From NCBI RefSeq assembly GCF_002113885.1, contig NW_018404696.1, forward strand, positions 284,651 through 348,650: DNA of 64,000 nt, written 5' to 3'. The translations under genes and the position numbers were made by a program. Source of the stretch: Mizuhopecten yessoensis (lineage: Eukaryota). Position 1 is the first letter of the stretch, and each line of letters opens with the position of its first letter. The notes beneath the pieces were generated by a model that did no database searches, had not been told where the DNA came from, and saw only the letters and a list, made by a program, of their open reading frames with translations. Positions 11,345 to 25,465 of the stretch are shown here, piece after piece.

Positions 11345-14300
11345 GTGAGTGTGTTTAATCTTTATGCATGTGTAGAGAGCGATCCTCATCTTCACTATTG
11401 CTCTGTATTCTTTAAATTTTAAACAAATGTTTACAGTTTAACTTAGAACTGTGTTTTGAGATTTAAATTTGCAAGATGAACTTTTTAAATGTTTACAAAA
11501 TTTGATAAGTTTTGACTTCACCAAATATACTTTTTTTGTTGTAAGAAGTTTTGACTTCACCAAATATACTTTTTTTGTTGTAAGAAAAGTTAAGCAACAC
11601 AGTTGATTGTGATTCTATATATTTTAATTATAATTTTGGCTAATTAAATGATACGGTTATGAATATATTTGGTGAATTTTATGTCAAAGTGTAAAAGTCA
11701 GGGATGCACCATTCTCCATCAGCTCTTAGTCTCACATCATCATCATCTTACGCACCAGCAGTAACATTTCTAGTGTAAATGCTCAACCTAGGGCTCGCAG
11801 CCATAGTGACCTTGACATGACCTTAGGGTCAGTGATCGGTCGTCAAGTAGAATCCTACAGGTGAAACAGCTAATGCTTGTGTAGAGAACAGACATGTTAT
11901 GGAGGGTCAAGTTTGTAAGTAAAGCCTGGAAGACATGCACACAAAGGATGGTCAAAGGGGTCATGTGGGGTCATGTGTCAGGGGTCAATGTTTTTTGCAG
12001 GGACTGTTAGTTGCCTTGGTAACATGATGTAAAGTCTAGGGTAAAAGTATATTGCTACGACTCAAAATGTACATATTTTTTAAGTATCCTGAAATTAATT
12101 TTGTATTCTGACATAAATCCTTCCTACCTTTTCTTTTCTTTTGCCTCTGATTTAAATATGATTGTTAACTTGTAAGATATTTCATGAGATAATGAAGACT
12201 GTTTATAGATATATAGATACATTTTTGATAAACAGAGCTTAAGCATGTTGGTGTCCTGTTCTGTATATGCTTGCCTGACGTTTGTAGGTTTCTGTGATGC
12301 CCCCCCNAATGCATTTCTCACATCATCAACTACTTGTTTGGCATTCTGTTACAATAACATTAGTTTGTCAAAGAAATTAAAATTGCTGTTGAATAACTAT
12401 TTTTCCCGAGTTTATATATTTTGACTTTGGTGTCAACCACCACTAATTAGTGTCTGCTGCTACAGATATATATCGGATATCTTACTCTGTCTCTTGTTTT
12501 ATATCCTAGCCCTAGTTGGTAGTATTGTTAACCGGAATACCGTACCATACCTTCTCTAGTTAGTGAAATCTTCTCTATCGTAGCTACCATTATAGTGCCT
12601 ACCTGACAAGGTGTGAGTCTGTTGTTACTGTGAGTCGTATGTTATCTCATCTTTGTTTTGTACTTGGGTTTGGATTGGCCATCCTTTGCTTTACTTCTAG
12701 AGCACCTGTTCTGTTTGCCCCCAAGTTTGGTTTACCTTTGTTTTCTTGCAAAGAGTTTGAAATATTTTATTACCAAAAGATTGAAAACAGTACAAAAAGT
12801 TTCGTATTTTTCTTTTTTGTTCGTTTCACAGAGTTTTTTCTCTTTGACTTCCGTTGTTTGATCAAAAGATCTTGTTGTTTTAAGATTTTAGGTATATTGA
12901 TAATCTCTCAGGTGAAAAGCAAACTGATTATTGTAGGTTTGTTCTGATTTTCTACTTTTGATAACGTCACTTGCACAAATTCAATTTTCATTTTTAAAGC
13001 ACATTAGAAGAGAGTAGTGTTCTGGATCCACTGTCATCTTAATCAGGTGAAGGATTGTCAAAAATGTTTACCCCCTCGCAGAACGAGGTTCAGTAAAACT
13101 GCTATTCAGTTATTGTTTTGTATGTTAATCAAGATTAGTTTAAAGTCATGAAGAAATATTCTACTTTACAAAAGTATTCTTTATCAGAAATCAGAAAGTT
13201 TTATCACCAATTAATACCATGCATTTGCTAGGAAAATTAGACCCTGCCTACACTTTTGATTAATTCCTAGCTTTCAACCCAGCCTCATTGCTAGTAAGTG
13301 TGTGGGTGAATATTACTGGTATAATGATGCTTTCATTGTTAATTCAGGAATTGAAACGTAAACCAAATAGACAGCAGTGGATCAGGGTTAATCTGGGCTG
13401 TACTCATGGTTCAGGCTTAAATACAGTCCTAGTCTTATTAGATGTAAGAAATCTACTTCATGCTAAATTATTGCTTAATAATTTTATAATTTCATAGAGC
13501 GCAAGTTTTTTGTCTTTACATGAGTATTTTTTGTGTGGTGATTTTAACTTTTTGTCAGTAACCTAGAATGCTTCAGTTCAGCTTTGGGTTGCCTTGGATC
13601 CACCTCTGTTGTCATTTGAATGTCTAATTAGGGAGCCAATTAGTGATGTTTACTTGTGGAACTGTGTGTGTACATTTAAGACATGTTGAGGTTGTGAGTG
13701 AGACTCTTTGTTAATCTCCTTCACAGGTAGTTTTGGATCACATTGATCTCTACTGGTATTGACCTGATCAGTCCCCGGTCACCTCTGGTCACTCCGGTCA
13801 CCTCTGGTCATTCCGGGTAACTCCGCCACACTTCGGTTAGTTCTTACACTCCATCGATGACTTTCATGTCATTTGCTTCCAAACTGATAACCACAAACTC
13901 TGCTGAAGACAGCTGTTGCTATGTGATGACCTACAGATATAAGTGATACCATGACAGTGTACTCTGTGACCTTTGTGTACCAACAATAATTATTTCACCT
14001 GGAGGCAGGCTCACTTTCTAGGATTCCAGGGATGGAACAGTGTTTTATGGAAACCATGGATACATGTGGACACTGGACATTTTTACACTTTTGTTTGCAA
14101 ACATTCCAAATGTTCAGGGGAAAAAAAACTTGTGATATCAAAAAAATGTGATAGAACTATGTGTAAGGTGTATATTATCTACATTCTATTCTGATATTTT
14201 ACCTGGAGATTATTCTCTCGTTAGCTGTTCTCTGTGCCATTCCAGCGGTGGTCCCATGTGATCTGTCCGAGTGGCCATTGTCAGATCACAAGTGTGTGTA

Positions 14301-15454
14301 AAATAGCCAATAGTATTTATTATCATGTAAATTATATAATGTTACTTATATCAATATTTTCATCAAATTATGTTTGGTGCTTACACCTGTACGTAACGGC
14401 GTTGATAGGAAATTTGTTATCGATAGACTGTTTAGAGCTATCACGTGTTGCATCCGTCCAGAGAAGATTTTATATTTTTCAGTATTTTATTTATACATGA
14501 TGTTGTAGTTTTATATGTGTGTGTTAGGGACTTTTATATTTGCCAGTTTATGTGTTATGTTGCCAAGATTTTATTTGTACTGATGTTTGAACCTTCGGCT
14601 GTTGTGCCTGAGAAAAGTTGGTTCAAGTAACACTACTTAACAACTGTGTTTGTCTGGTTTGGGTTGCTAACAGAATCTTACCTGCATGTGTCCGTGGGAA
14701 TGCCCCGTCCTTTTAGGTCCAATGTTGACCCTTTTAACCTTGACCTCTGTGATATTTGTCCTCACGTTTTAATCAATTTCATCAACCTCCATGCATGATT
14801 GAATGTTCTAACGAGCACCAGATATTTTTCACCTGTAGGATTCACCATGAAAACTTGCCACTCATATATGGCGCTAAATGTATGTATTATTATAAATGTC
14901 ACATTCCATTGCAGAACCATGTTTTTAGGTTGTTTACCAATGTTACTGTTGAGCCCTAGGTTGTGCCTTCCATGATGAGCCTTAATGTACCCAAATTTAG
15001 ACCTCATTTCGCTCATTTGAGATATGTTGCCATTGAAATGATTCAAATTCTATGTAAAATTTCTTCCAGCTCTTATAAGTTTAGTATATCATTTGAAAGG
15101 TTTTTTAACCATTCCAAAAGCTTTTCAATGCTTTTTAAAAGACCATTTTATTTTAACACTGCCTAAGAATCTCAAAATCATGTATCTTTCAAAAATTGAA
15201 ATTAATTTTTCATCCTCTATAATGTGGATTTTTTTAAAATTTAAAATCAAAATGGCGATATTATCTGAAAACAGTTTGAAGATTACAGCTGTTTGGTAAT
15301 GGTGTGTTGTCTGATTGGACAGTGATAGACTTGTATACAGTGATAGACAATGATAGACTAGCAGTATTACAACATTTAAACAGGATCATGTCTCATATAT
15401 TTAAATATTTAATAAAGTATTAAATCAAATGAAATTGAAGATTTATTTTTGATG

Positions 15455-15820
15455 ATTAGCACACCATCATCAGTTGGTGGGCTCTTCAAATCGCCTTGCG
15501 TCCATGGTCCGTCTGTCATCCCTTACTTCAACAATTCTTGTTGTCGCTGTTTCTCGGAAAATTCGCGAGGGATGTTTCTCTCATTTCATATGTAGATTAA
15601 CCTTGGTCTCTTGTTGTGCATGTTTACTTTTGTGACTGATCGGATAAACAAAATGGCTGGCAGATAGTCATCTTGATTTTAGCAGTAAAGGTTTGTTTTT
15701 ACTATTTCTCAGAAATTTATGGAAGGATTTTTCTCAAACTGAAAATGTCAGTTCCCTTTGGTCTGTAGTTGTAAATGAAGAAACAAGGGAGATCATCCTA
15801 GAAGGAGGTTTGCATCCAAC
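15455..15820 (+). mobile_element. Degenerate HINE-like element remnant
   Basis: Starts ttagcacaccatcatcagttggtgggct, followed by gtccgtctgtc microsatellite-like sequence and two related internal units. Confidence 0.4.
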
Positions 15821-16244
15821 ATCAAAGGATCTTTATGAGACCTATAAAAGACAATATTTAAATTCTTTGCTCTCCACCTCCTTACAGGTACTACCACCTA
15901 TGCTAGAAATCCAAAATGGGAGTCTTGTACATTAACTTCCACCTAGCAATGTTGTGGTATATGCCACCATGGTGTATAAGAATTGCAGAAATATATGCAA
16001 AATGCTTCAAATGTTTAATTCTGATATATAAGAGGTTCTCTCAAACAGATTAATTATCATTAGGGCCAGGGGTATTTTTAACAAAAGGAACATACATATT
16101 TAATTTGAGAAGGATCCCTCCAATACTTTCAGAGATAATAAACCCTACTATAAAAATCCAAGATGGATGTTGGTCAGCCTTTTTTCAGTCTCAAAAGTAA
16201 ACATTTGTATGCCTATTGATCTGCAGTTTTCATTGATAGTGATT

Positions 16245-18450
16245 GGTATACAGGCCATCAATAAGTACTATATTACACTGGTATGCAGGCCATCAAAAGG
16301 CACTGGTATACAAGCCATCAATTAGTACCATATTACACTGGTATACAGGCCATCAATTAGTATCATAATTATTACACTGGTATACAGGCCATCAATTAGT
16401 ACCATATTACACTGGTTTAAAGGCCATCAATTAGTACCATATTACACTGGTATACAGGCTATCAATTAGTATCATATTACACTGGTATACAGGCCATCAA
16501 TTAGTACCATATTCCACTGGTTTAAAGGCCATCAATTAGTACCATATTACACTGGTATACAGGCCATCAATCAGTATCATATCATACTGGTATACAGGCT
16601 ATCACTTAGTATCATATTACACTGGTATACAGGCCATCAATTAGTACCATATTACACTGGTATACAGGCCATCAATCAGTATCATATTACACTGGTATAC
16701 AGGCTATCACTTAGTACCATAATACACTGGTATACAGACCATCAATTAGTACCATATTACACTGGTATACAGGCTATCATTTAGTACCATAATACACTGG
16801 TATACAGACCAATTAGTACCATATTACACTGGTATACAGGCCATCAATTAGTACTGTATTTCACTAGTATATATGCCATCAATTAGTACCATATTGCACT
16901 GGTATACAGGTCATAAGTTAGTATCTTATTACATTGGTATACAGGTCATTAATTAATATATTATTACATTGGTATACAGGCCATCAATTAGTACCATATT
17001 ACATTGGTATACATGCCATCAATTAGTACCATTATACACTGGTATACTGGCCATCACTTAGTATCATATTACACTGGTATACAGGCCATCAATTAGTACC
17101 ATAATACACTGGTATACACACCATCAATTAGTACCATATTACACTGGTTTAAAGGCCATCAATTAGTATCCTATTATACTGGTATACAGGCTATCAATTA
17201 GTATCATATTACACTGGTATACAGGCCATCAATTAACATCATATCACACTGGTATACATGCCATCAATTAACATCATATCACACTGGTATACATGCCATC
17301 AAATAGTACTATATTACACTGGTATGCAGGCCATCAAAAGGCACTGGTATATACAGGCCATCAATTAGTACCATATTTCACAAGTATATAAGCCATCAAT
17401 AAGTATCATAATTCTTACACTGGTATACAGGCCAACAGTTAATACCATATTACACTGGTATACAGGCCAACAGTTAATACCATATTACACTGGTATACAT
17501 GTCATTAGTTAGTATTTTATTACATTGGTATACAGGTCATTAATTAGTATCTTATTACATTGGTATACAGGTTATCAATTAGTACCATATTACACTGGTA
17601 TAAAGGCAATCAATTAGTACCATATTTCACTAGAATACAGATCACCAATTAGTACCATATTACACTGGTATACAGGTCATCAAATTGTACCATATTACAC
17701 TGGTATATAGGCCAACAAATAATACCATATTACACTGGTATACAGGTCATCAATTAGTACCATATTACACTGGTGTACAGACCATCAAATAATACCATAT
17801 TGATTCTTCTGACTGACCATCAAATAATACCATATTACATTGGTATACAGGTCATCAAATTGTACCATATTACACTGGTATACAGGTCATCAATTAGTAC
17901 CATATTACACTGGTATACAGACCATCAAATAATACCATATTACACTGGTATACAGGCCATCAATTAGTTTCATATTTCACTGGTTTACAGACCATCAATT
18001 AATACCATATTACTTTGGTATAAAGGCCATCAATTAATACCATATTACACTGGTATAAAGGCCAACAGCTAGTACCATAATACACTGGTATACAGGCCAA
18101 CAGCTAGTCCCATATTACACTGGTTTAAAGGCAATCGATTAGTTCCATATTACACTGGTTTAAAGGCTTTTGATTAGTTCCATATTACACTGGTTTAAAG
18201 GCTATCAATAAGTACCATATTACGCTGGTATACAGGCCATCAAATAATACCAAATTACACAGGTATACAGGTAATCAATTAGTACCATATTACACAGGCA
18301 TACAGGCAATCAATTATAACCATATTACACTGGTATACAGGTCATCAATTAGTACCATATTACACTGGTTTTAAGGCCATTAATTAGTATCATATAACAC
18401 TGATATACAGGTCATCAGTTAGTGCCATCTACCAGTCAACAGGTCATCAA
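16245..18450. repeat. 35-bp minisatellite (ACTGGTATACAGGCCATCAATTAGTACCATATTAC)n
   Basis: About 60 diverged copies. Confidence 0.96.
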
Positions 18451-18575
18451 TTAATTTTATGTTACACTGTATACCAATTGGTAAGTTCAGCCATTATGAA
18501 TGCAGTACCTTGTAGAGGTCAGTTTGTAGATCAGGTTACATTGTCTTTGACCTGTGATGGTCACTCTTTGCACAG

Positions 18576-18737
18576 AATCGACTTGGTGATGTCATGCAGC
18601 GCTGGCAGGACTACAAGGATCTACTTGACAAAAATGACCATTACCTTAATGAAGAATTCCCTCGTTGGCTTGGAGACTGTGATGCTCAGGTGCCTGATAA
18701 CCTACAGGTTGCTCAGAACAAACTTGACAACATAAGG
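18576..18737 (+). CDS. SYNE1: Nesprin-like exon L (54 aa, NRLGDVMQRW...LDNIR)
   Basis: cacag|AAT and AGG|gtaagt; phase 0; FPRWL motif. Confidence 0.85.
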
Positions 18738-19301
18738 GTAAGTTGTAATTCCCTTGAAGTCAAGAAGGCACAGAGTTTCTGTCATGAATGATTCTAAATT
18801 TGTTGTAAAATAGACATTTTTGATATACATTTATTTTATTAACTGGTAATTTTGTAGATTGCTCTATTTCTGTCAATATAGACCTTCTATTTTACTCTCT
18901 TAGTTTGTGGCCTCTAAAGTTAAGGGGTATGGATGGTATCTGAGTCCTGTTTAACTCCAGTGACCAAAGATACAGGTTAAATGTTATAGCTGGAAAATGT
19001 TGTAACAAGTCACTTAGAATTCAGGTGAATTGTTCACAGTGGTTTGTACTCTTAACTCTTCATTACCATCTATTGATTCAACGAACTTGGCCTTACATCC
19101 CCTTTCCTATGTTCCATATTATTGCCAGATTGTGTGAAGAATTTGTATAACATAAAAGAGCTTAAACAAAAACTAGTAAAATCATCAAGTTAGGTTTTCC
19201 TGTAACTAGTGATAAAAAAAGTTGTCAAGCATTATTCAGAATTGAAGTTCATTCTACCAGACATGGCACACACCCTATGGTGTATCCTTGCCAGTAGTAA
19301 T

Positions 19302-20702
19302 TTTAGCTCACCTTTCCTTAGGGCAAGTGACCTTAGGTCATGGTTTGGCATCTATTGTCCATCTGTCGACTTTTCACTTAAAAGACTACTAGTCTAGAAT
19401 GGCTGAATGGATTTTTACTAAATTTGGTTGGGAGCATAGTTAGGCTATGGGAGCTTAACATCGTAGAAATGAAAGGTGTGGCCCCTCTGGGGGGAGAGGG
19501 GCAGGGTCTATGAAGGGAAACATAGGTAAATCTTTAAACATTTCAACTGTTTGAGTATGGGTACAATCACATGGATCCAAACCTACACTGATTTAGATCA
19601 TAGCATCCTTGGCCAAAGGCGACTCGAAGTCCAAGGGGGGTCAACTTCTGAATAATAGAAATACCTAACATTGTGATACTTTGCCAGTAATTTGATGGCT
19701 TAGAGTGCTACTAAGTTTGCATATAGAAATAACCTGGACTCATATCGAAGGTCACAAGGGGTCAGATCTGTGAAAACACTTTACCATCTTCTAAATAACT
19801 CCCTCTGAATAATAGAAAGACTACGAGTGCTACAAAATTTGGAAAGAAGAATGACCTTGACATATATTCAAAGTCATAGGGGTCAAATTAGGGGGGGGGG
19901 GATTCTTCTGAAGAACGGAAAAACCCACAGTCATGACATTTGGTTAATAACTTGCTTGCATAAGTGCTACAAAATTTGCATAAAGAAATGACCTTGATGT
20001 ATATTTAAGGTCACAGGGTAAAATTTGTTAACTTCTGATGAAGAGTAGAAAGACCTGGAGTTGCGATATTTGTCCAGGAACTTGTATAGAGTAAAACATG
20101 AAATGACCATGACCCATTTTTATAGTCATAGGGGTCTAATTTGTTAAAATACTTTTTCTGAATACAGGAACAACATCCTCAGTTTCATGATATTTTATCA
20201 GTAACTTGCTGACAGGAAGTGCTACAAAGTTTGCAAAAACTATATTCATGGTCATGGGAGTCAAATTTAAACACAAAAAATTAAACAAATTATTCTGAAG
20301 AATGGAAAAACCTACAGCCATGATGTTTGGCCAGTATCTTTCTTTGTATGGAGTGCTACAAAGTGTGCAAAAAGAAATGACCTTGTCCAATATTCAAGAT
20401 CACAGGGGTGAAACTTATTTAAAACTAAATTATTTTTTCTGAAAAGCAGAAAGACCTTAAGTCATGATATTTGACCAGTAACTTGTTTGGAGTGTTTAAG
20501 GTTTGAGAATTGAAATAATCTGGACATATAGTTAAGGGCATAAAGGTCTGATTTGTCAAAAAACTTGAATGCCTTCTCCTGAGGAACCAAAAGGCTTAGG
20601 ACGATGATTATTTGCCAGTAACTTGTTGTTATGGAATGCTAAAAGTTTGTAATGAAAGGTAACATTGATCAGGGGAGGGTCTTCAGAACCAATGGGCCTT
20701 TT
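19302..20702 (+). mobile_element. Old HINE-like element with degenerate internal tandem repeats
   Basis: 5' ttttagctcacct...caagtgacc; recurring gtgctacaaa...atgaccttgac...ggtcacagggg units; hairpin-like 3' end ccaatgggcct. Confidence 0.55.
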
Positions 20703-20777
20703 CCTACATTTGATTTCTTTTTCTTTCATATGTTATAGAACATCTCTTTATTGTTATTGTGTTTTTTTACCCTATAG

Positions 20778-20948
20778 ACAATGTGGGAGAAATTGAATGG
20801 GTTGAAACAAGAAATGGCGAACGCATGTCATCGTTGTGACAATCTGGGTAGCATGGACAGTCTTGACCAGAGTGACAAGGAGCTGCCATCGCCAATGTCA
20901 CAGCTTGCTGATCAAGTTAACTCTGAACTCAAAGAAGCCATATCACAG
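20778..20948 (+). CDS. SYNE1: Nesprin-like exon M (57 aa, TMWEKLNGLK...EAISQ)
   Basis: tatag|ACA and CAG|gtaatt; phase 0. Confidence 0.82.
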
Positions 20949-21111
20949 GTAATTGAATTTCTTTTGTCATCTATGTATCCTAAAATTGATAAAAATTACA
21001 TTCATCACTTGAAAAAATACCCATGGAACCGTTCACAGTACAAAAGCCATACCTGTATGGCTAATGAGATAAGTGATAGCAATATTTCATGGCCACTCCA
21101 CTGTGCTCCAG

Positions 21112-21288
21112 GTTGAGAAGCGGATGGAAAACGTGAGGGATACGATTGGTCAGTGGGAATCTGTTGATCGTCAGAGGACTGACCTAAGGAACTGGCTGCA
21201 CAGCAAACAGGAGAACCTCCAGGAAATGGAGCAGCGACCTGCTAAACTTCATGCTGAGGCAGCCGAGCTGGAAATCGCAAATTTACAG
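21112..21288 (+). CDS. SYNE1: Nesprin-like exon N (59 aa, VEKRMENVRD...IANLQ)
   Basis: tccag|GTT and CAG|gtaaaa; phase 0; LRNWL motif. Confidence 0.87.
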
Positions 21289-22096
21289 GTAAAAGCTTTC
21301 AAGATCATGATATATATATATTAGAAATTTGGGGCAAGTCTTCAGAGAAATTTATGTTGTAATACTGACATAATCATCAATTTTTTCAATTTTTTATTTT
21401 TTTTGTCCACCCCCATACTTAGCATAAAATTCACATTTATGATACAACAAAAATAACAGGAGTTTAGATTCATAGCATTTATTCATACAACAATGTTTGG
21501 CAACCTAAGGGTACTCACACATGCTGCACATAACCTAATCAGGAACTTTGAAGTCTCGACAAAGTGACATAGGCCTGGCCAAAAACGTAATTACTAAGGG
21601 GGCAGAAGCTGAGTTACACTGGAGTGATAGGCCTCTGATGGTGTGTTCAGTGTTCTTAGAGGACCAACCTTAGATGAGAAGGTGACTTGAATCGGAAAGT
21701 TTGGGGGTATGTCTGGACAGCTCACTGACAGTTGTAAAACTGATGCAGCTAGTGTATCAAACCTTAGATTCGGGAGTCATGTGACGATTACTTATTGCTT
21801 GTGTTGAGGTATGACGTAGCATTTGTCAGTTGGACATATAGGGCTTCATGTTTGTTACAGGATACTGCTGGACAAAACCCTTAACAAAGGGATGTTATCT
21901 TGTTTTGGTCTTTACAAACACCCACACTGTAGATAGAGGTGGGGAAACCATTAAGTACCAGACTGTGTTGTGTCTTAATTCTAACTCACATAAGAAATAA
22001 AGATGAGGAGTTTTGTTTAAATGTTGTTTCACAAACCACGTTACTTCAGTATTGATTGTTGTCGTGTTGTAAATAGACCTGTTTTTATGATTACAG

Positions 22097-22402
22097 GCTT
22101 TGAGAGAAGAGGTCCAAGGGCGAGGACCAGCCATTGATGCGTTCCTGAACCGGTACCGTGAACTGACCCAGCACAACCCTGCCCTTGTGGACCCAGTGAT
22201 GCGTGCAGTGCGTGAGGACTGGGAAGAACTTCTCGGGCAAATTGAAAATCTTCTAGAGGATAGGGAACAAGCTCTCCAGTGTAACCGCGACCTCCAGGAG
22301 CAGCAGACTGACATGGACCAGGATCTGGCCAATTTTGTGGACGAGCTTGAGAAGATAGAAGCTGCAGACGTAGCTGTCGTGGAAAAGTCTGCCCAGCTAA
22401 AG
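22097..22402 (+). CDS. SYNE1: Nesprin-like exon O (102 aa, ALREEVQGRG...SAQLK)
   Basis: tacag|GCT and AAG|gtatgt; phase 0; EDWEEL helix C. Confidence 0.87.
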
Positions 22403-25400
22403 GTATGTGGACGTAGTCTAGACAGCGTCAGGCAAGGCCTCATTCTGTATCAACTCCAAAAAACAAGCCAAAAGTAATGTCGGAAAGAGGGGGAAATCAT
22501 AACTGCATAAATGGGTCAGTTTTCTGTATCTTCCTAGGGTATTATGAATGTTTTTTGTACATAGTTATGTCCTCTTGTAGGTATTTATTTTAAAAAGATA
22601 ATGAACCAGATGTTGGAAGGAAGCTTGAGTTAAGCATTTTGTTTTAATTCTCACTGTTTAAGGAAATGATAGAGTGTGATGCCTTGCCCAGCTGATTTTA
22701 CTTAAGAGCTGATGTGTGTATCTAAACTGTGTGACAATTGCTGCATTACTAACGGTTGTCTCCTTAACATTGAAATCGTAACAAAATTGCTGTGGGTATA
22801 CCTTTTTATACTAAACATGAAAAATCACACAATCTTTTTATCAAGAAATGCCTTTTATTTGTTAATATGATTACACTGAAAACACGACATAAAGATATGA
22901 TAAAGGCACTATCATAAGTGTGATTTCAATAAAGGTTGCCATCGTCTAGTTTACGGCTAGTTATCTCCCTTGTTTTAAAGACGGCGGCAGACATTGGCAG
23001 ATGTTAAATACAGTTTACATACATACATTTTATACTGTGTTTGCTAATAAGAGTTATGTTTATATAGTTGCCCACTTGCTTTGCATGCCTGTTGAGATCA
23101 ATGTCCCGGTACAACAGTACCTACAGCCCATACAAATAAACCCTGCTCCACACTTGGACGGGTTATGGATCAAAATTGTCGATCAGTTTAAGCACATGTC
23201 ACCATTTTGTTTATATTTCCTTTATCATCTTGAACTACGCTCTCATTGAGGCTATCAATGACTGTCTCCTAGTCGTTGGAGTGTTGAGAGAACATGTGTA
23301 TCACTGTTGTAAATCACTTAATATTATCTCAATGACTTTTCACCTCCGCAATTCAAATCCAGTGCTCACTCTTCACCCCATGCTCGTAGTTAAATCTCTA
23401 CAGTAAAAATTCTGTTGTTTTAATTTTCATAAACTGTTGTAGCTTTATTCATTAATATGAAGCTTCTGAACACAGATACAAGTCAATATAAAACTTGTGC
23501 AGTCTTCCTTCGATGCTATAAAAAGCTTTTGAATACAAGATTTACAGTCTATTCCATACCCGTATAAAACATATAGATTTATATTCATCAGAGTGTAAAC
23601 CCTAGCTACATATACCTTGTGTTTGTCGGTTGGCTGAGAAGAAAGGCTGGGTAACACGGGCCGGGGTAAGCCATTGATTTAGGGGCGTAATCAATAACAC
23701 TGACTGACAGAACCTAGGGTGTCGGACGGATTGTATATTGGAACGGCAAACATAAAATGTACACGCTTTTATCTCGCTGATTACGGCTGGCAGCTACCCA
23801 GGTAAATACACATGAGACTCCGCAGACTAGCTGGTTGGTTGGTTTGACCATAAGACAGTTACCTTACCCCGATAGAGAGGCAGGTTTAAGCATGCGATGG
23901 GATTAAATGGTATGGCTTTACAACAATGGGAAAGTTGTTGGGAGTTAAAGGTCTGATTATACTGGTATGTAGTGTATCAGGAGGCCGCATCATCCTTGTT
24001 AAAGCAGTGGCATGGTTATACTAGGGAAATAATGAACCATTCTTGTCTGTGAACAATCTAAAGTAATAGAGATCAGTGTGTGTGGATGACTGGCTGGCTA
24101 GATCTCTACAACACGTTCATTCAGAATTGAGTAAGTATGATCACAACAAACTGAAGTGGTAAATGATAAATGAGCATGTTCTCCTGGCTCTGTCTCTGAC
24201 TTCCCATTATCTCTGAGCTTTAATTTCTATCCAGCCTTACCTGAGCTTTGAATACACGATCAATTCTCCTGTCGACTGATCGTCAGCTGCTGCAGAATTT
24301 ATTTATACACCTTTTGTATTATATCAAGTATCTCACTGTTTATTTACCTCTTTTATTTACCTGCTTTAATCTACTACCTGTTATCTTGTTAGCTCACTAA
24401 CTCTGTCAAGTAGAGGTAAAATCCTCAGCCCTGTGTTTAGGTAGGTCAGATCGTTAAATCTATTATAATTTGGCGGGAAAGGGATTACCAGTAAATTTGA
24501 AACTTGTTCCAACATGTCCAACAAACTTGTATATTGGATCAATACGGAGACAAATAATTCATTTTAGTTTGCTTGAATGCCTGTCAGCTATGGAGGTCTA
24601 CCCTTAGGTACGTTAACGTGAACTGGACAGGTGTATCACAGGGAAAGTCTGTTAGATTTCTCTCCTACTCATGTCAGCAATCTGTGGCCATAACATTGGC
24701 ACTTGGTGTGTAGCACTAGCCTTAAGTAGGTGAGTTACCACTGCCTCTATCCTCTATCATTGCCTATCTGCTTACACTTGTTCCTCTTTCTTCCTTTTCC
24801 TGGTGTGGTTGTAGAAATCTATTTATGGTGACCTGTGTATATTGAGGTAAGTGGTCGTTAAGCATTAAAAAAAAAAAAAAAAAAAATGAAAAAAAAAACC
24901 TAAAATACACATTTTTTCTTTCCCTATGCAGTAAATACCATTGGTGAAACCTTTTTGAATTCCAATGTTTAAATCTTCCTGCACTCGGTGCCTCTTTACG
25001 CAGCATTCCAAATGCAAAGCAAGTCAGCAACTGTCCTAGTACATTAAGATAGAGGTGTAGCTAGCTAGTTGGGGGTATTTTGTGTGATTTGGTAGGGCTC
25101 TGCATCCATGGTGCTTGCTCTGTGTGTTATTCAATGTTATCTTTTCTTCCTTATAACTTTACATCTCATTTATTTACCACTTCCTGTTGACTTTGTTGGA
25201 GGGACAATGAGTAAGATAAAAATAAAGGAATTTTATTTGAAAATATCTATGTTCCATTTTCTTGTCCATTTATATTTTTGACTAATGGCTTGGTAATCAT
25301 AATTTTAATGAAATATTTTGTTGAATGGTTTGGTGCTAATTCTGCTTTTATTGACTGTTTGAGGGTGTCTAAAGTGGACTGACTTTTCAGCGGTTTTTGA

Positions 25401-25465
25401 CACTAATTCCTCCTTTGTTGATTATATAAGATATAATGTCATTCCTCCAATCATCTACCCTGCAG

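Noticed and set aside
7677-22443. Minus-strand ORFs 7677-8228, 9402-9891, 10260-10520, 21895-22443 (also 63626-63877)
   Set aside because: Antisense shadows of the spectrin-repeat exons.
24671-24729. ATG exon MSAICGHNIGTWCVALALS with donor gtgagt
   Set aside because: Phase 2; it fits the terminal exon only through an unusual GAG acceptor 2 nt downstream of the strong CAG.
25436-25465. ATG at 25436 as the start of a stand-alone intronless gene
   Set aside because: The first 10 codons are a pyrimidine tract ending in TGCAG, i.e. an in-phase acceptor, so a spliced terminal exon is favoured. Not fully excluded.
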